This document shows, piece by piece, positions 40,357 to 54,357 of a stretch of 64,000 nt of DNA; positions within the stretch are counted from its first letter, which is position 1; the number at the start of each line of letters is the position of its first letter. The notes beneath the pieces were generated by a model, which saw only the letters and a list, made by a program, of their open reading frames with translations, ran no database searches and was not told where the DNA came from. The stretch is from NCBI RefSeq assembly GCF_009914755.1, contig NC_060939.1, one strand, 5' to 3'. The position numbers were made by a program, and so were the translations under genes. Source of the stretch: the human T2T-CHM13v2.0 reference genome, Homo sapiens.

Positions 40357-43272
40357 CATGGCTAGCATCACCCTCCTTCCTGGCAGTGACACTGCTGATT
40401 TGAACCCCAGTTTCACAGCTGTCATTTGTAAATAGGACCATTTTCCCTTTTCTCTCTCCCTTCCATTCACAGGGCTTCTCATTCCCTCTGTTTCTGCCTC
40501 CGTTTCAGAGATTTACTCACCTTTTTCTCTCTCACTATGTCTGCCGTGGTCTCCATAAGAGTGTGCCACATAAAATTGCCCCATTAAAAGTCATGAATTG
40601 AGTGGATTTTAGTATACCTGTGGTTGTGCACATTCAATTTTAATTCGCAATCCATTTTAGAAGGTTTTATCACCCCCGACCAGAGAAACACCCTGTGGAC
40701 ATTAGTCACTCCTCATTCTGTCTCAAACCCTCTCCCTGACCCTCAGCCCTAGGTAACAACTGCATAGAGCGATCAACCCCATATGCATAGATTTCCATAT
40801 TGTGGACATTTCCTATAAACGGAATTGCACAATACGTGAGCTTTTGTGACTGACATAACACTTTTAGCACAATATTTTCAAGATTCATCCACATTGCAGC
40901 CTTACCCACAGGGGGAAACCGCATTTTGTGGTTTCAGTAACACCGGGTGTTTTCTCCTTCCTTCCGTCTTTCCTTCCTTCCTTCCTTCCTTCCTTCCTTC
41001 CTTCCTTCCTTCCTCCCTTCCTCCCTTCCTTCCTCCCTTCCTCCCATTTCTCTCTTATTCCTTCTGCCCTCTCTCTTTCATATGCCTTAGGTGCATCCTA
41101 CGTCCTGCGTCTTTTTGGGGAATCCTCGACAGGTGCTGGAAAATTGTGTTATTGTAATTATTTACCGGTATCTCTCTTTCATGGTTCTCCATCAGTTGTA
41201 AGCATCTATTGGTTTATCCCAGGTCACTAAGTATATTTTAATTAGCTACACCTGTTTTTCTTTATACACCTGTTTCTGGAGTATAGGGTCGCATACTCAT
41301 AAACCCAGTGTAACTCAGAAACGCATCTAATATTCCAATAGACCCATCATAACGTTGAAAAATCATAAATCAAACCAACTTAAGTCACGATTTGGCGCTG
41401 GATATGGGCTCCATCAATTCCATTGTATTCAATAATGCTGTACACCATTAACAATGGCAGACTGATTGGGCGTGGATGTGGATAACATTATAAAAATCAG
41501 TTATTAGAGGGATACTTTAACCTGACGGAAGAGCTGATCTAATGGTATTAGTACAGTGATGATTATGTGAGATATTTTGAGACAGAGTAGTACATTTGTG
41601 TATGAGATTCTGTGGCTTTTTTCACTTAGTAGGAACCTTTGTGTGTGGAAAACTGAGAAAATTGCTTTGTGCTGTAGAGTCTGGCATTCGTTGTAGATTA
41701 AAGCTTATTTTTCTGGATGTAAATCTTATTCAATAAAATACTACTCTTTATAATAAAAAACAAAGACACTGGTGATGTGAAGTCATTATCCTCAGCAAAC
41801 TAATCCAGGAACAGAAAACCAAGCGCCACATTCTCACTTATAATGGGAGCTGAAAAATGGGATCACGTGGACACAGGAAGGGGAACAACACACACTGGGG
41901 CCTTTCGGGAGGCAGAGCGTTAAGAAAAACAGCTACCGCATGCTGGGCTTAATACCTAGGTGATGGGTTGACAGGTGCAGCAAACCACCGTGGCACACGT
42001 TTACCTTAGTAACAAATCTGCACAGCCTGCCCATATATTCCAGAACTTAGAAACGAAACGAAAGCAAAGAAAACGAGAAAGCGATAGCAAAACGCTAACG
42101 GCGAAACAGAGTTTCAAACTCAGAAAGTGAGAGACCAATGTTTGGTTCAAATCATGGTTCTCAACCCAGGTGCCATAAGGTCAGGATAAAGAATTTGATG
42201 ACGTATTGTAAATAAGACATGCAGCGGAGGACCAGAAAAATCGTTCTCAACATACGTGTGGCTTCGAGTTCAACGGTGACACTATGTACAGTGACATAGC
42301 ATTAGATTCCAAAGGGCCGAGTCCCGCAAGACTGGCCTCCCACACTAATAATAATGGGAAGCGCTACGTTGCTTTACCTGTGCTTCTCAGCAACTGGCTA
42401 TAAATCAGGTTTCCACCACTCCCAGTTTTAGTTGCATTCATTTGCTGGAAGAGCTCACAGCACGCAGGGAAACACTGACATTTCCCATTTTCTGTATTTT
42501 AGCAGATATTGCAAAAACTTCAGAAAAAACTTTTGGGCCCGGCATGTGGGGAGGGGCTCACTGCCTTCCAGGAAGTGTTATCCAGAAGCTCTCTAAACCC
42601 AGTCCTTTTGGGTTTTTATGGAGACCTCATTCTATAGGCATGATGGGTTAAACCATAGGCTATTGGTGATCAACTCAACCTGGGGCTCTCAACCCTCCCT
42701 GGAAATTGGGGTTGAGGCTTTGCCATTCTCAGTCTGAGTAAAAGAATTTACGCAAACGGAATTTTAAAACAGATTAGCATATCTGGAAACTTAACTAGAT
42801 GACGGAATTATCTGGAGCCACACCTTGATATTCCTAACCCGAGCACCCTCATCCAACGAATGCTCCACCCAACTGGCTCCCAAGTCTCTACGGGGTTCCA
42901 GAGCAAAAGAATGTTTATACAACGCATATCTCCACCTTTTCTTCAAAGTCTTTTCGCTTACACGGAAAGACTTCTTCAACTGCCATGCATCAGGGTCAGG
43001 GGGAGGTCTTGTTACAACACAGATCTGCGGATCTCCGGGGTTTGATTGTGGCAAGGATGCTGCTGGTGTCAAAACCACAACGTGGGAACCACAGAACCAC
43101 TAGTTGGTTTTCAGTGTTTCAGTGCATACAATTCCTAATATATCTGGCCAAGAAAACTTGTAAGTTCTTAGATTGTCCCAAAGGTGGCGCATGAAATCAA
43201 ATCAGGAGAACAGTTTCCTACGAGGTGTAGCCTGGGAACCTTGGGGGTGACTGATGGAAAGGAGGAGTGAAG

Positions 43273-43343
43273 CTCCGCCCTTTCCGCTGCGAGGCTGCGC
43301 CCGAGGCTATTTAAACCCACCCTGGCTGGCCTGTACTCAGATC
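43273..43343 (+). promoter_or_regulatory. Putative core promoter, copy 6
   Basis: GC box, TATTTAAA at 43308, Inr. Confidence 0.7.
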
Positions 43344-43658
43344 TTCGCAGAGCGGAGCAGCGGCCGGAGCGTTTGGCGGACTCTGCGTGGACTTGGAGCT
43401 CACAGCGTCTTGCGACTTGGAAGCGGATTCAGAGGACAGGACAGAACACTTGGGCAAGTGAATCTCTGTCTGTCTGTCTGTCTCATTGGTTGGTTTATTT
43501 CCATTTTCTTAAGGAGCACATACCTCACACCACACACACACAAACACACACACACACACGCACGCACGCACGCACACACACACGCACACACACACACTAA
43601 TTCATTCTGCGGGTTAGGAAATTAGTAGGGGTCTCTGGGAGCTGCAGGTTTCCTAATC

Positions 43659-46600
43659 ATGTCTGCACCTAAGAACACTAGGGTCTTGTCTGGCTCTTCT
43701 TATGAACGGTCCCCCAGCCCGGACTCCCCAAGATCCATGCTAGCCTCACCCAGCTTCTCCCTCTCCCCTCTCAGAAACTCAGACTTAAGAGGAAGCTCCT
43801 CACCAGGGATCCGGAGCTACCATTCACCATCCCCTAGGGCTTCACCACACTCACCTCTGTCATCACCAGTATCCCACAATCTCCCATTTGCCTGTCCTCT
43901 CCGTGATGGGCAATCAATGAAGCCATTGGGCTCTCCCGTGTCCTCCTCTGAGGATTCTTCAGAGTCACCACGTTTATCAGTAATATACCACATGTTCCTA
44001 CTGCCATCACCCAGCAGCTCACCCCCAGCTGCTTGGGAGTCTCCTGGGTCTCCCAGCTACTCTCCAAACAACCCCAGATTTCAGCTGGAGTCAGCCCCCC
44101 ACACCCAGGAATCACCTGCAAACTCACGAGCCTCACGGTGCTCCTCCCCTATGTCTTTCATCTCTTCACCCCCAGGCCTCAGGGACTCTCCTGTGGCTCC
44201 CAGTTACTCTCAAGCCATCCCCATGTTCCTGCGGGAGTCAGCCCCATGCACTCAGGAGTCCCCCAGAGACTCACAGGTCTCGGGAGAATATGAGCGGTCC
44301 CCCAGCCCTGACTCCTCAAGATTCATGCCTGCCTCACCCAGCATCTACCTCTCCCCTCCCAGGAACTCAGACCCAAGGGGCAGCTCCTCACAAGGGATGT
44401 GGAAGTACTCTACATCATCCCGCAGGGCTTCACCACTCTCACATCCGTCATCGGCAGAATTCCACAACTTTACATTTCCCTTTCCTAACCAAGCAGGACA
44501 ATCACTCATGTCATTGTGTTCTCCCGTGTCCTCCTCTGGAGATTCCTCACAGTCACCCCATTCATCAATAATATACCATGTGTTCTTACTGCCATCATCC
44601 AGCAGCTCACCCCCAGCCACCAATGACTCTCCTGTCTGTCCCAGCTACTCTCCAACTACGCCCAGATTTCAGCGGGCGTCGGTATCCAACACCCCAGAAA
44701 CACCTACAAACTCACAGACCTCAGTGAGATCCTCGCCAGTCTCTCTCACGTCTTCACCCCCAGGCCTTACGGACCCTCCAGTCTCTCCCAGCTACTATCC
44801 AACCACGCGCACATTTCAGCGCGGGTCAGATCCAGGAACCCAGGGATCACCAGCAAGCCCACCACTTTCACTGTGTTACTCCCCAGTCTCAAGCACGTCT
44901 TTATCTCCAACCCTCAGGGACTCTCCTGTCTGTCCCAGCTATTCTCCAACCACGCCCACGTTTCAGCGGGAGTCCGTTGCAGGCACCCAGCAATCACCAG
45001 CAAACTCACCAATTTCACTGCGTTACTCCCCAGTCTCTCTCATGTCTTCACCAGCCCTGAGGGACTCTCCCGTCTGTCCCAGCTACTCTCCAACAACACC
45101 CACATTTCAGCTGGAGTCCGTTCGAGGCACCCCGGAGTCACCACCAAACTCACCAATTACACTCAATTACTCTCCAGTCTCTCTCATGTCTTCACCAGCC
45201 CTCAGGGACTATCACGTCTGTCCCAGCTACTCTCCAACCACCCCCAGATTTCAGCTGGAAGCAGTTCCTTGCTCCCCGGAATCAACACCAAACTCACCAA
45301 TTTCACTCAATTACTCTCCAGTCTCTCTCATGTCTTCACCAGCCCCCAGGGACTCTCCCATCTGTCCCAGCTACTCTCCAACCACGCCCAGATTTCAGCT
45401 GGAAGCAGTTCCTTGCACCCAGGAATCACCACCAAACTCACCAATTTCACTCAATTACTCCCCAGTCTCTCTCATGTCTTCACCATCCCTCAGGGACTCT
45501 CCCGTCTGTCTCAGCTACTCTCCAACCACGCCCACATTTCAGCTGGAGAACCTTCGAGGCACCCCGGAGTCACCACCAAACTCACCAATTTCACTCAATT
45601 ACTCTCCAGTCTCTCTCATGTCTTCACCAGCCCTCAGGGACTCTCCCGACTGTCCCAGCTACTCTCCAACAACGCCCAGATTTCAGCTGGAAGCAGTTCC
45701 TTGCTCCCGAGAATCAACACCAAACTCACCAATTTCACTCAATTACTCTCCAGTCTCTCTCATGTCTTCACCAGCCATCAGGGACTCTCCCGTCTGTCCC
45801 AGCTACTCTCCAAAGACGCCCACATTTCAGCTGGAGTCTGTTCCAGGCACCCTGGAGTCACCACCAAACTCACCAATTTCACTCAATTACTCTCCAGTCT
45901 CTCTCATGTCTTCACCAGCCCTCAGGGACCCTCCTGTCTGTCCCAGCTACTCTCCAACCACCCCCAGATTTCAGCTGGAGTCAGTTCCAGGCACCCTGGA
46001 GTCACCACCAAACTCACCAGTTTCGCTGAGTTACTCCCCGGTCTCTCTCATGTCTTCACCGACAGCCCTCAGGGACTCTCCTGTGTGTCCCAGCTCCTCT
46101 CCCAACACGCCCAGATTTCAGAGGGAGTCAGCCTCCCACACTCCGGAATCACCTACAGACTCACAGACTTCACGGAGGTCCTCCCTGGTCTCTCTCAGGT
46201 CTTTGCCCTCAGCCCACAGGGACTCTTGTGTCTCTTTCAGCTACTCTCGAAACTTCTCTAGATTCCAGCTGGACTCAGTTCCAGGCACCCACGACACACC
46301 ACCAAACTCACGAATTTCACTGACTTACTCCCCAGTCTCTCTCATATTCTCACCCCCAGCCCTCAGGGACTCTTCTGTCTCTCTCAGGTACTCTCCAGCC
46401 ATCTCCACATCACACCTGGGGTCAGCTTCCCACACCCAGGAATCACCTACAAACTCACGGACCTTACTGCAACCCTCCCCCATTTCTTTCACCTCTTCAC
46501 CCCCTGCTTTCAGGGACTCTCCTGTGTCTCCCAGCTTCTCTCCAGCCTTCCCCAGATTTCTGCCACAGTCAGCCCCAGGCACCCAGGGTTACCCTGGACA

Positions 46601-47066
46601 CTCACAGGCCTCACGAGACTATTTCCCAATGACTTGTATCTATAGAGGGATGGCTCCCATACTTCCCTCGGTGACCTCAAACCCATCTCCACTTACACTC
46701 AGACACTCCCAGGGCCTGACAGCTACTCCCCGTTATTGTCCTTCAGCTCGAAGCCCTGGCCCATCTACTAGCCAACATGATGCAGCTACCTGGCCATGTC
46801 TCCACATTTCTGGGGAGGGCCCCACACCCAGCCGCAGAAGAGCCCCTCCTGCATTCCGTCCTCACACACAGGCCTGTCCATCCACTTGCTACTGTCACAC
46901 TCTTGCCAGCAGAAGAGGCCCCTGTAATGGCCGATATCACCGCCCAGTCTATCCTCACCCCACAGCTGTGCAGCGGGACCCTCCTGCTGGCCCACGTGGC
47001 TGCCACAGCCCATGCTGGCACGACGCTCCAGCATGTCGGCGTCCCTGCGGGCCACGCTACCGCTGA
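43659..47066 (+). CDS. Putative CTD-like repeat protein, copy 6 (1135 aa, intact, apparently identical to copy 5)
   Basis: Translation matches copy 5 by eye; offset 6710 bp. Confidence 0.55.
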   Translation: MSAPKNTRVLSGSSYERSPSPDSPRSMLASPSFSLSPLRNSDLRGSSSPGIRSYHSPSPRASPHSPLSSPVSHNLPFACPLRDGQSMKPLGSPVSSSEDSSESPRLSVIYHMFLLPSPSSSPPAAWESPGSPSYSPNNPRFQLESAPHTQESPANSRASRCSSPMSFISSPPGLRDSPVAPSYSQAIPMFLRESAPCTQESPRDSQVSGEYERSPSPDSSRFMPASPSIYLSPPRNSDPRGSSSQGMWKYSTSSRRASPLSHPSSAEFHNFTFPFPNQAGQSLMSLCSPVSSSGDSSQSPHSSIIYHVFLLPSSSSSPPATNDSPVCPSYSPTTPRFQRASVSNTPETPTNSQTSVRSSPVSLTSSPPGLTDPPVSPSYYPTTRTFQRGSDPGTQGSPASPPLSLCYSPVSSTSLSPTLRDSPVCPSYSPTTPTFQRESVAGTQQSPANSPISLRYSPVSLMSSPALRDSPVCPSYSPTTPTFQLESVRGTPESPPNSPITLNYSPVSLMSSPALRDYHVCPSYSPTTPRFQLEAVPCSPESTPNSPISLNYSPVSLMSSPAPRDSPICPSYSPTTPRFQLEAVPCTQESPPNSPISLNYSPVSLMSSPSLRDSPVCLSYSPTTPTFQLENLRGTPESPPNSPISLNYSPVSLMSSPALRDSPDCPSYSPTTPRFQLEAVPCSRESTPNSPISLNYSPVSLMSSPAIRDSPVCPSYSPKTPTFQLESVPGTLESPPNSPISLNYSPVSLMSSPALRDPPVCPSYSPTTPRFQLESVPGTLESPPNSPVSLSYSPVSLMSSPTALRDSPVCPSSSPNTPRFQRESASHTPESPTDSQTSRRSSLVSLRSLPSAHRDSCVSFSYSRNFSRFQLDSVPGTHDTPPNSRISLTYSPVSLIFSPPALRDSSVSLRYSPAISTSHLGSASHTQESPTNSRTLLQPSPISFTSSPPAFRDSPVSPSFSPAFPRFLPQSAPGTQGYPGHSQASRDYFPMTCIYRGMAPILPSVTSNPSPLTLRHSQGLTATPRYCPSARSPGPSTSQHDAATWPCLHISGEGPTPSRRRAPPAFRPHTQACPSTCYCHTLASRRGPCNGRYHRPVYPHPTAVQRDPPAGPRGCHSPCWHDAPACRRPCGPRYR

Positions 47067-49982
47067 CATGGCTAGCATCACCCTCCTTCCTGGCAGTGAC
47101 ACTGCTGATTTGAACCCCAGTTTCACAGCTGTCATTTGTAAATAGGACCATTTTCCCTTTTCTCTCTCCCTTCCATTCACAGGGCTTCTCATTCCCTCTG
47201 TTTCTGCCTCCGTTTCAGAGATTTACTCACCTTTTTCTCTCTCACTATGTCTGCCGTGGTCTCCATAAGAGTGTGCCACATAAAATTGCCCCATTAAAAG
47301 TCATGAATTGAGTGGATTTTAGTATACCTGTGGTTGTGCACATTCAATTTTAATTCGCAATCCATTTTAGAAGGTTTTATCACCCCCGACCAGAGAAACA
47401 CCCTGTGGACATTAGTCACTCCTCATTCTGTCTCAAACCCTCTCCCTGACCCTCAGCCCTAGGTAACAACTGCATAGAGCGATCAACCCCATATGCATAG
47501 ATTTCCATATTGTGGACATTTCCTATAAACGGAATTGCACAATACGTGAGCTTTTGTGACTGACATAACACTTTTAGCACAATATTTTCAAGATTCATCC
47601 ACATTGCAGCCTTACCCACAGGGGGAAACCGCATTTTGTGGTTTCAGTAACACCGGGTGTTTTCTCCTTCCTTCCGTCTTTCCTTCCTTCCTTCCTTCCT
47701 TCCTTCCTTCCTTCCTTCCTTCCTCCCTTCCTCCCTTCCTTCCTCCCTTCCTCCCATTTCTCTCTTATTCCTTCTGCCCTCTCTCTTTCATATGCCTTAG
47801 GTGCATCCTACGTCCTGCGTCTTTTTGGGGAATCCTCGACAGGTGCTGGAAAATTGTGTTATTGTAATTATTTACCGGTATCTCTCTTTCATGGTTCTCC
47901 ATCAGTTGTAAGCATCTATTGGTTTATCCCAGGTCACTAAGTATATTTTAATTAGCTACACCTGTTTTTCTTTATACACCTGTTTCTGGAGTATAGGGTC
48001 GCATACTCATAAACCCAGTGTAACTCAGAAACGCATCTAATATTCCAATAGACCCATCATAACGTTGAAAAATCATAAATCAAACCAACTTAAGTCACGA
48101 TTTGGCGCTGGATATGGGCTCCATCAATTCCATTGTATTCAATAATGCTGTACACCATTAACAATGGCAGACTGATTGGGCGTGGATGTGGATAACATTA
48201 TAAAAATCAGTTATTAGAGGGATACTTTAACCTGACGGAAGAGCTGATCTAATGGTATTAGTACAGTGATGATTATGTGAGATGTTTTGAGACAGAGTAG
48301 TACATTTGTGTATGAGATTCTGTGGCTTTTTTCACTTAGTAGGAACCTTTGTGTGTGGAAAACTGAGAAAATTGCTTTGTGCTGTAGAGTCTGGCATTCG
48401 TTGTAGATTAAAGCTTATTTTTCTGGATGTAAATCTTATTCAATAAAATACTACTCTTTATAATAAAAAACAAAGACACTGGTGATGTGAAGTCATTATC
48501 CTCAGCAAACTAATCCAGGAACAGAAAACCAAGCGCCACATTCTCACTTATAATGGGAGCTGAAAAATGGGATCACGTGGACACAGGAAGGGGAACAACA
48601 CACACTGGGGCCTTTCGGGAGGCAGAGCGTTAAGAAAAACAGCTACCGCATGCTGGGCTTAATACCTAGGTGATGGGTTGACAGGTGCAGCAAACCACCG
48701 TGGCACACGTTTACCTTAGTAACAAATCTGCACAGCCTGCCCATATATTCCAGAACTTAGAAACGAAACGAAAGCAAAGAAAACGAGAAAGCGATAGCAA
48801 AACGCTAACGGCGAAACAGAGTTTCAAACTCAGAAAGTGAGAGACCAATGTTTGGTTCAAATCATGGTTCTCAACCCAGGTGCCATAAGGTCAGGATAAA
48901 GAATTTGATGACGTATTGTAAATAAGACATGCAGCGGAGGACCAGAAAAATCGTTCTCAACATACGTGTGGCTTCGAGTTCAACGGTGACACTATGTACA
49001 GTGACATAGCATTAGATTCCAAAGGGCCGAGTCCCGCAAGACTGGCCTCCCACACTAATAATAATGGGAAGCGCTACGTTGCTTTACCTGTGCTTCTCAG
49101 CAACTGGCTATAAATCAGGTTTCCACCACTCCCAGTTTTAGTTGCATTCATTTGCTGGAAGAGCTCACAGCACGCAGGGAAACACTGACATTTCCCATTT
49201 TCTGTATTTTAGCAGATATTGCAAAAACTTCAGAAAAAACTTTTGGGCCCGGCATGTGGGGAGGGGCTCACTGCCTTCCAGGAAGTGTTATCCAGAAGCT
49301 CTCTAAACCCAGTCCTTTTGGGTTTTTATGGAGACCTCATTCTATAGGCATGATGGGTTAAACCATAGGCTATTGGTGATCAACTCAACCTGGGGCTCTC
49401 AACCCTCCCTGGAAATTGGGGTTGAGGCTTTGCCATTCTCAGTCTGAGTAAAAGAATTTACGCAAACGGAATTTTAAAACAGATTAGCATATCTGGAAAC
49501 TTAACTAGATGACGGAATTATCTGGAGCCACACCTTGATATTCCTAACCCGAGCACCCTCATCCAACGAATGCTCCACCCAACTGGCTCCCAAGTCTCTA
49601 CGGGGTTCCAGAGCAAAAGAATGTTTATACAACGCATATCTCCACCTTTTCTTCAAAGTCTTTTCGCTTACACGGAAAGACTTCTTCAACTGCCATGCAT
49701 CAGGGTCAGGGGGAGGTCTTGTTACAACACAGATCTGCGGATCTCCGGGGTTTGATTGTGGCAAGGATGCTGCTGGTGTCAAAACCACAACGTGGGAACC
49801 ACAGAACCACTAGTTGGTTTTCAGTGTTTCAGTGCATACAATTCCTAATATATCTGGCCAAGAAAACTTGTAAGTTCTTAGATTGTCCCAAAGGTGGCGC
49901 ATGAAATCAAATCAGGAGAACAGTTTCCTACGAGGTGTAGCCTGGGAACCTTGGGGGTGACTGATGGAAAGGAGGAGTGAAG

Positions 49983-50053
49983 CTCCGCCCTTTCCGCTGC
50001 GAGGCTGCGCCCGAGGCTATTTAAACCCACCCTGGCTGGCCTGTACTCAGATC
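49983..50053 (+). promoter_or_regulatory. Putative core promoter, copy 7
   Basis: GC box, TATTTAAA at 50018, Inr. Confidence 0.7.
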
Positions 50054-50368
50054 TTCGCAGAGCGGAGCAGCGGCCGGAGCGTTTGGCGGACTCTGCGTGG
50101 ACTTGGAGCTCACAGCGTCTTGCGACTTGGAAGCGGATTCAGAGGACAGGACAGAACACTTGGGCAAGTGAATCTCTGTCTGTCTGTCTGTCTCATTGGT
50201 TGGCTTATTTCCATTTTCTTAAGGAGCACATACCTCACACCACACACACACAAACACACACACACACACGCACGCACGCACGCACACACACACGCACACA
50301 CACACACTAATTCATTCTGCGGGTTAGGAAATTAGTAGGGGTCTCTGGGAGCTGCAGGTTTCCTAATC

Positions 50369-53300
50369 ATGTCTGCACCTAAGAACACTAGGGTCTTGTC
50401 TGGCTCTTCTTATAAACGGTCCCCCAGCCCGGACTCCCCAAGATCCATGCTAGCCTCACCCAGCTTCTCCCTCTCCCCTCTCAGAAACTCAGACTTAAGA
50501 GGAAGCTCCTCACCAGGGATCCGGAGCTACCATTCACCATCCCCTAGGGCTTCACCACACTCACCTCTGTCATCACCAGTATCCCACAATCTCCCATTTC
50601 CCTGTCCTATCCGTGATGGGCAATCAATGAAGCCATTGGGCTCTCCCGTGTCCTCCTCTGAGGATTCTACAGAGTCACCACGTTCATCAGTAATATACCA
50701 CATGTTCCTACTGCCATCACCCAGCAGCTCACCCCCAGCTCTCTGGGAGTCTCCTGGGTCTCCCAGCTACTCTCCAAACAACCCCAGATTTCAGCTGGAG
50801 TCAGCCCCCCACACCCAGGAATCACCTGCAAACTCACGAGCCTCACGGTGCTCCTCCCCTATGTCTTTCATCTCTTCACCCCCAGGCCTCAGGGACTCTC
50901 CTGTGGCTCCCAGTTACTCTCAAGCCATCCCCATGTTCCTGCGGGAGTCAGCCCCATGCACTCAGGAGTCCCCCAGAGACTCACAGGTCTCGGGAGAATA
51001 TGAGCGGTACCCCAGTCCTGACTCCTCAAGATTCATGCCTGCCTCACCCAGCATCTACCTCTCCCCTCCCAGGAACTCAGACCCAAGGGGCACCTCCTCA
51101 CAAGGGATGTGGAAGTGCTCTACATCATCCCGCAGGGCTTCACCACTCTCACATCCGTCATCGGCAGAATTCCACAACTTTACATTTCCCTTTCCTAACC
51201 AAGCAGGAAAATCACTCATGTCATTGTGTTCTCCCGTGTCCTCCTCTGGAGATTCCTCACTGTCACCCCATTCATCAATAATATACCATGTGTTCTTACT
51301 GCCATCATCCAGCAGCTCACCCCCAGCCACCAATGACTCTCCTGTCTGTCCCAGCTACTCTCCAACTACGCCCAGATTTCAGCGGGCGTCGGTATCCAAC
51401 ACCCCAGAAACACCTACAAACTCACAGACCTCAGTGAGATCCTCGCCAGTCTCTCTCACGTCTTCACCCCCAGGCCTTACGGACCCTCCAGTCTCTCCCA
51501 GCTACTATCCAACCACGCGCACATTTCAGCGCGGGTCAGATCCAGGAACCCAGGGATCACCAGCAAGCCCACCACTTTCACTGTGTTACTCCCCAGTCTC
51601 AAGCACGTCTTTCTCTCCAACCCTCAGGGACTCTCCTGTCTGTCCCAGCTATTCTCCAACCACGCCCACGTTTCAGCGGGAGTCCGTTGCAGGCTCCCAG
51701 CAATCACCAGCAAACTCACCAATTTCACTCAATTACTCTCCAGTCTCTCTCATGTCTTCACCAGCCCTCAGGGACTCTCCCATCTGTCCCAGCTACTCTC
51801 CAACCACGCCCAGATTTCAGCTGGAAGCAGTTCCTTGCACCCAGGAATCACCACCAAACTCACCAATTTCACTCAATTACTCCCCAGTCTCTCTCATGTC
51901 TTCACCATCCCTCAGGGACTCTCCCGTCTGTCTCAGCTACTCTCCAACCACGCCCACATTTCAGCTGGAGTACCTTCGAGGCACCCCGGAGTCACCACCA
52001 AACTCACCAATTTCACTCAATTACTCTCCAGTCTCTCTCATGTCTTCACCAGCCCTCAGGGACTCTCCCGACTGTCCCAGCTACTCTCCAACAACGCCCA
52101 GATTTCAGCTGGAAGCAGTTCCTTGCTCCCCGGAATCAACACCAAACTCACCAATTTCACTCAATTACTCTCCAGTCTCTCTCATGTCTTCACCAGCCAT
52201 CAGGGACTCTCCCGTCTGTCCCAGCTACTCTCCAACCACGCCCACATTCAGCTGGAGTCCGTTCGAGGCACCCCGGAGTCACCACCAAACTCACCAATTT
52301 CACTCAATTACACTCCAGTCTCTCTCATGTCTTCACCAGCCATCAGGGACTCTCCCGTCTGTCCCAGCTACTCTCCAAAGACGCCCACATTTCAGCTGGA
52401 GTCTGTTGCAGGCACCCTGGAGTCACCACCAAACTCACCAATTACACTCAATTACTCTCCAGTCTCTCTCATGTCTTCACCAGCCCTCAGGGACTCTACT
52501 GTCTGTCCCAGCTACTCTCCAACCACGCCCAGATTTCAGCTGGAAGCAGTTCCTTGCACCCCAGAATCACCACCAAACTCACCAATTTCACTCAATTACT
52601 CTCTAGTCTCTCTCATGTCTTCACCAGCCCTCAGGGACCCTCCTGTCTGTCCCAGCTACTCTCCAACCACCCCCAGATTTCAGCTGGAAGCAGTTCCAGG
52701 CACCCCGGAGTCACCACCAAACTCACCAGTTTCACTGAGTTACTCCCCGGTCTTTCTCATGTCTTCACCGCCAGCCCTCAGGGACTCTCCTGTGTGTCCC
52801 AGCTACTCTCCAACCACGCCCACATTTCAGCTGGAGTCAGTTCCAGGCACCCCGGAGTCACCACCAAACTCACCAATTTCACTCAATTACTCTCCAGTCT
52901 CTCTCATGTCTTCACCAGCCCTCAGGGACTCTCCTGTCTGTCCCAGCTACTCTCCAACCACGCCCAGATTTCAGCTGGAAGCAGTTCCTTGCACCCCAGA
53001 ATCACCTCCAAACTCACCAATTTCACTCAATTACTCTCTAGTCTCTCTCATGTCTTCACCAGTCCTCAGGGACCCTCCTGTCTGTCCCAGCTACTCTCCA
53101 ACCACACCCAGATTTCAGTTGGAGTCAGTTCCAGGCACCGCGGAGTCACCACCAAACTCACCAGTTTCACTGAGTTACTCCCCGTTCTCTCTCATGTCTT
53201 CACCGCCAGCCCTCAGGGACTCTCCTGTTTGTCCCCGCTACTCTCCAACCACGCCCACATTCCAGCTGGAGTCACTTGCAGGCACCCAGGAATTACCTAC

Positions 53301-54357
53301 AAACTCAGCAGTTTCACTGAGTTACTCCCCAGTCTCTCTCATGTCTTCACCCCCAGCCCCCTGGGACTCTCCTGTCTGTCCCAGCTCCTCTCCCAACACG
53401 CCCAGATTTCAGAGGGAGTCAGCCTCCCACACTCCGGAATCACCTACAGACTCACAGACTTCACGGAGGTCCTCCCTGGTCTCTCTCAGGTCTTTGCCCT
53501 CAGCCCACAGGGACTCTTGTGTCTCTTTCAGCTACTCTCGAAACTTCTCTAGATTCCAGCTGGACTCAGTTCCAGGCACCCACGACACACCACCAAACTC
53601 ACGAATTTCACTGACTTACTCCCCAGTCTCTCTCATATTCTCACCCCCAGCCCTCAGGGACTCTTCTGTCTCTCTCAGCTACTCTCCAGCCATCTCCACA
53701 TCACACCTGGGGTCAGCTTCCCACACCCAGGAATCACCTACAAACTCACGGACCTTACTGCAACCCTCCCCCATTTCTTTCACCTCTTCACCCCCTGCTT
53801 TCAGGGACTCTCCTGTGTCTCCCAGCTTCTCTCCAGCCTTCCCCAGATTTCTGTCACACTCAGCCCCAGGCACCCAGGGTTACCCTGGACACTCACAGGC
53901 CTCACGAGACTATTTCCCAATGACTTGTATCTATAGAGGGATGGCTCCCATACTTCCCTCAGTGACCTCAAACCCATCTCCACTTACACTCAGACACTCC
54001 CAGGGCCTGACAGCTACTCCCCGTTATTGTCCTTCAGCTCGAAGCCCTGGCCCATCTACTAGCCAACATGATGCAGCTACCTGGCCATGTCTCCACATTT
54101 CTGGGGAGGGCCCCACACCCAGCCGCAGAAGAGCCCCTCCTGCATTCCGTCCTCACACACAGGCCTGTCCATCCACTTGCTACTGTCACACTCTTGCCAG
54201 CAGAAGAGGCCCCTGTAATGGCCGATATCACCGCCCAGTCTATCCTCACCCCACAGCTGTGCAGCGGGACCCTCCTGCTGGCCCACGTGGCTGCCACAGC
54301 CCATGCTGGCACGACGCTCCAGCATGTCGGCGTCCCTGCGGGCCACGCTACCGCTGA
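50369..54357 (+). pseudogene. CTD-like repeat ORF, copy 7, with a 1-bp frameshift (1329 aa if repaired)
   Basis: cccacaTTcagctgg at 52241-52255 versus cccacaTTTcagctgg in other monomers. The frame switch is visible in ORFs 50369..52606 and 51583..54357. Confidence 0.65.
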
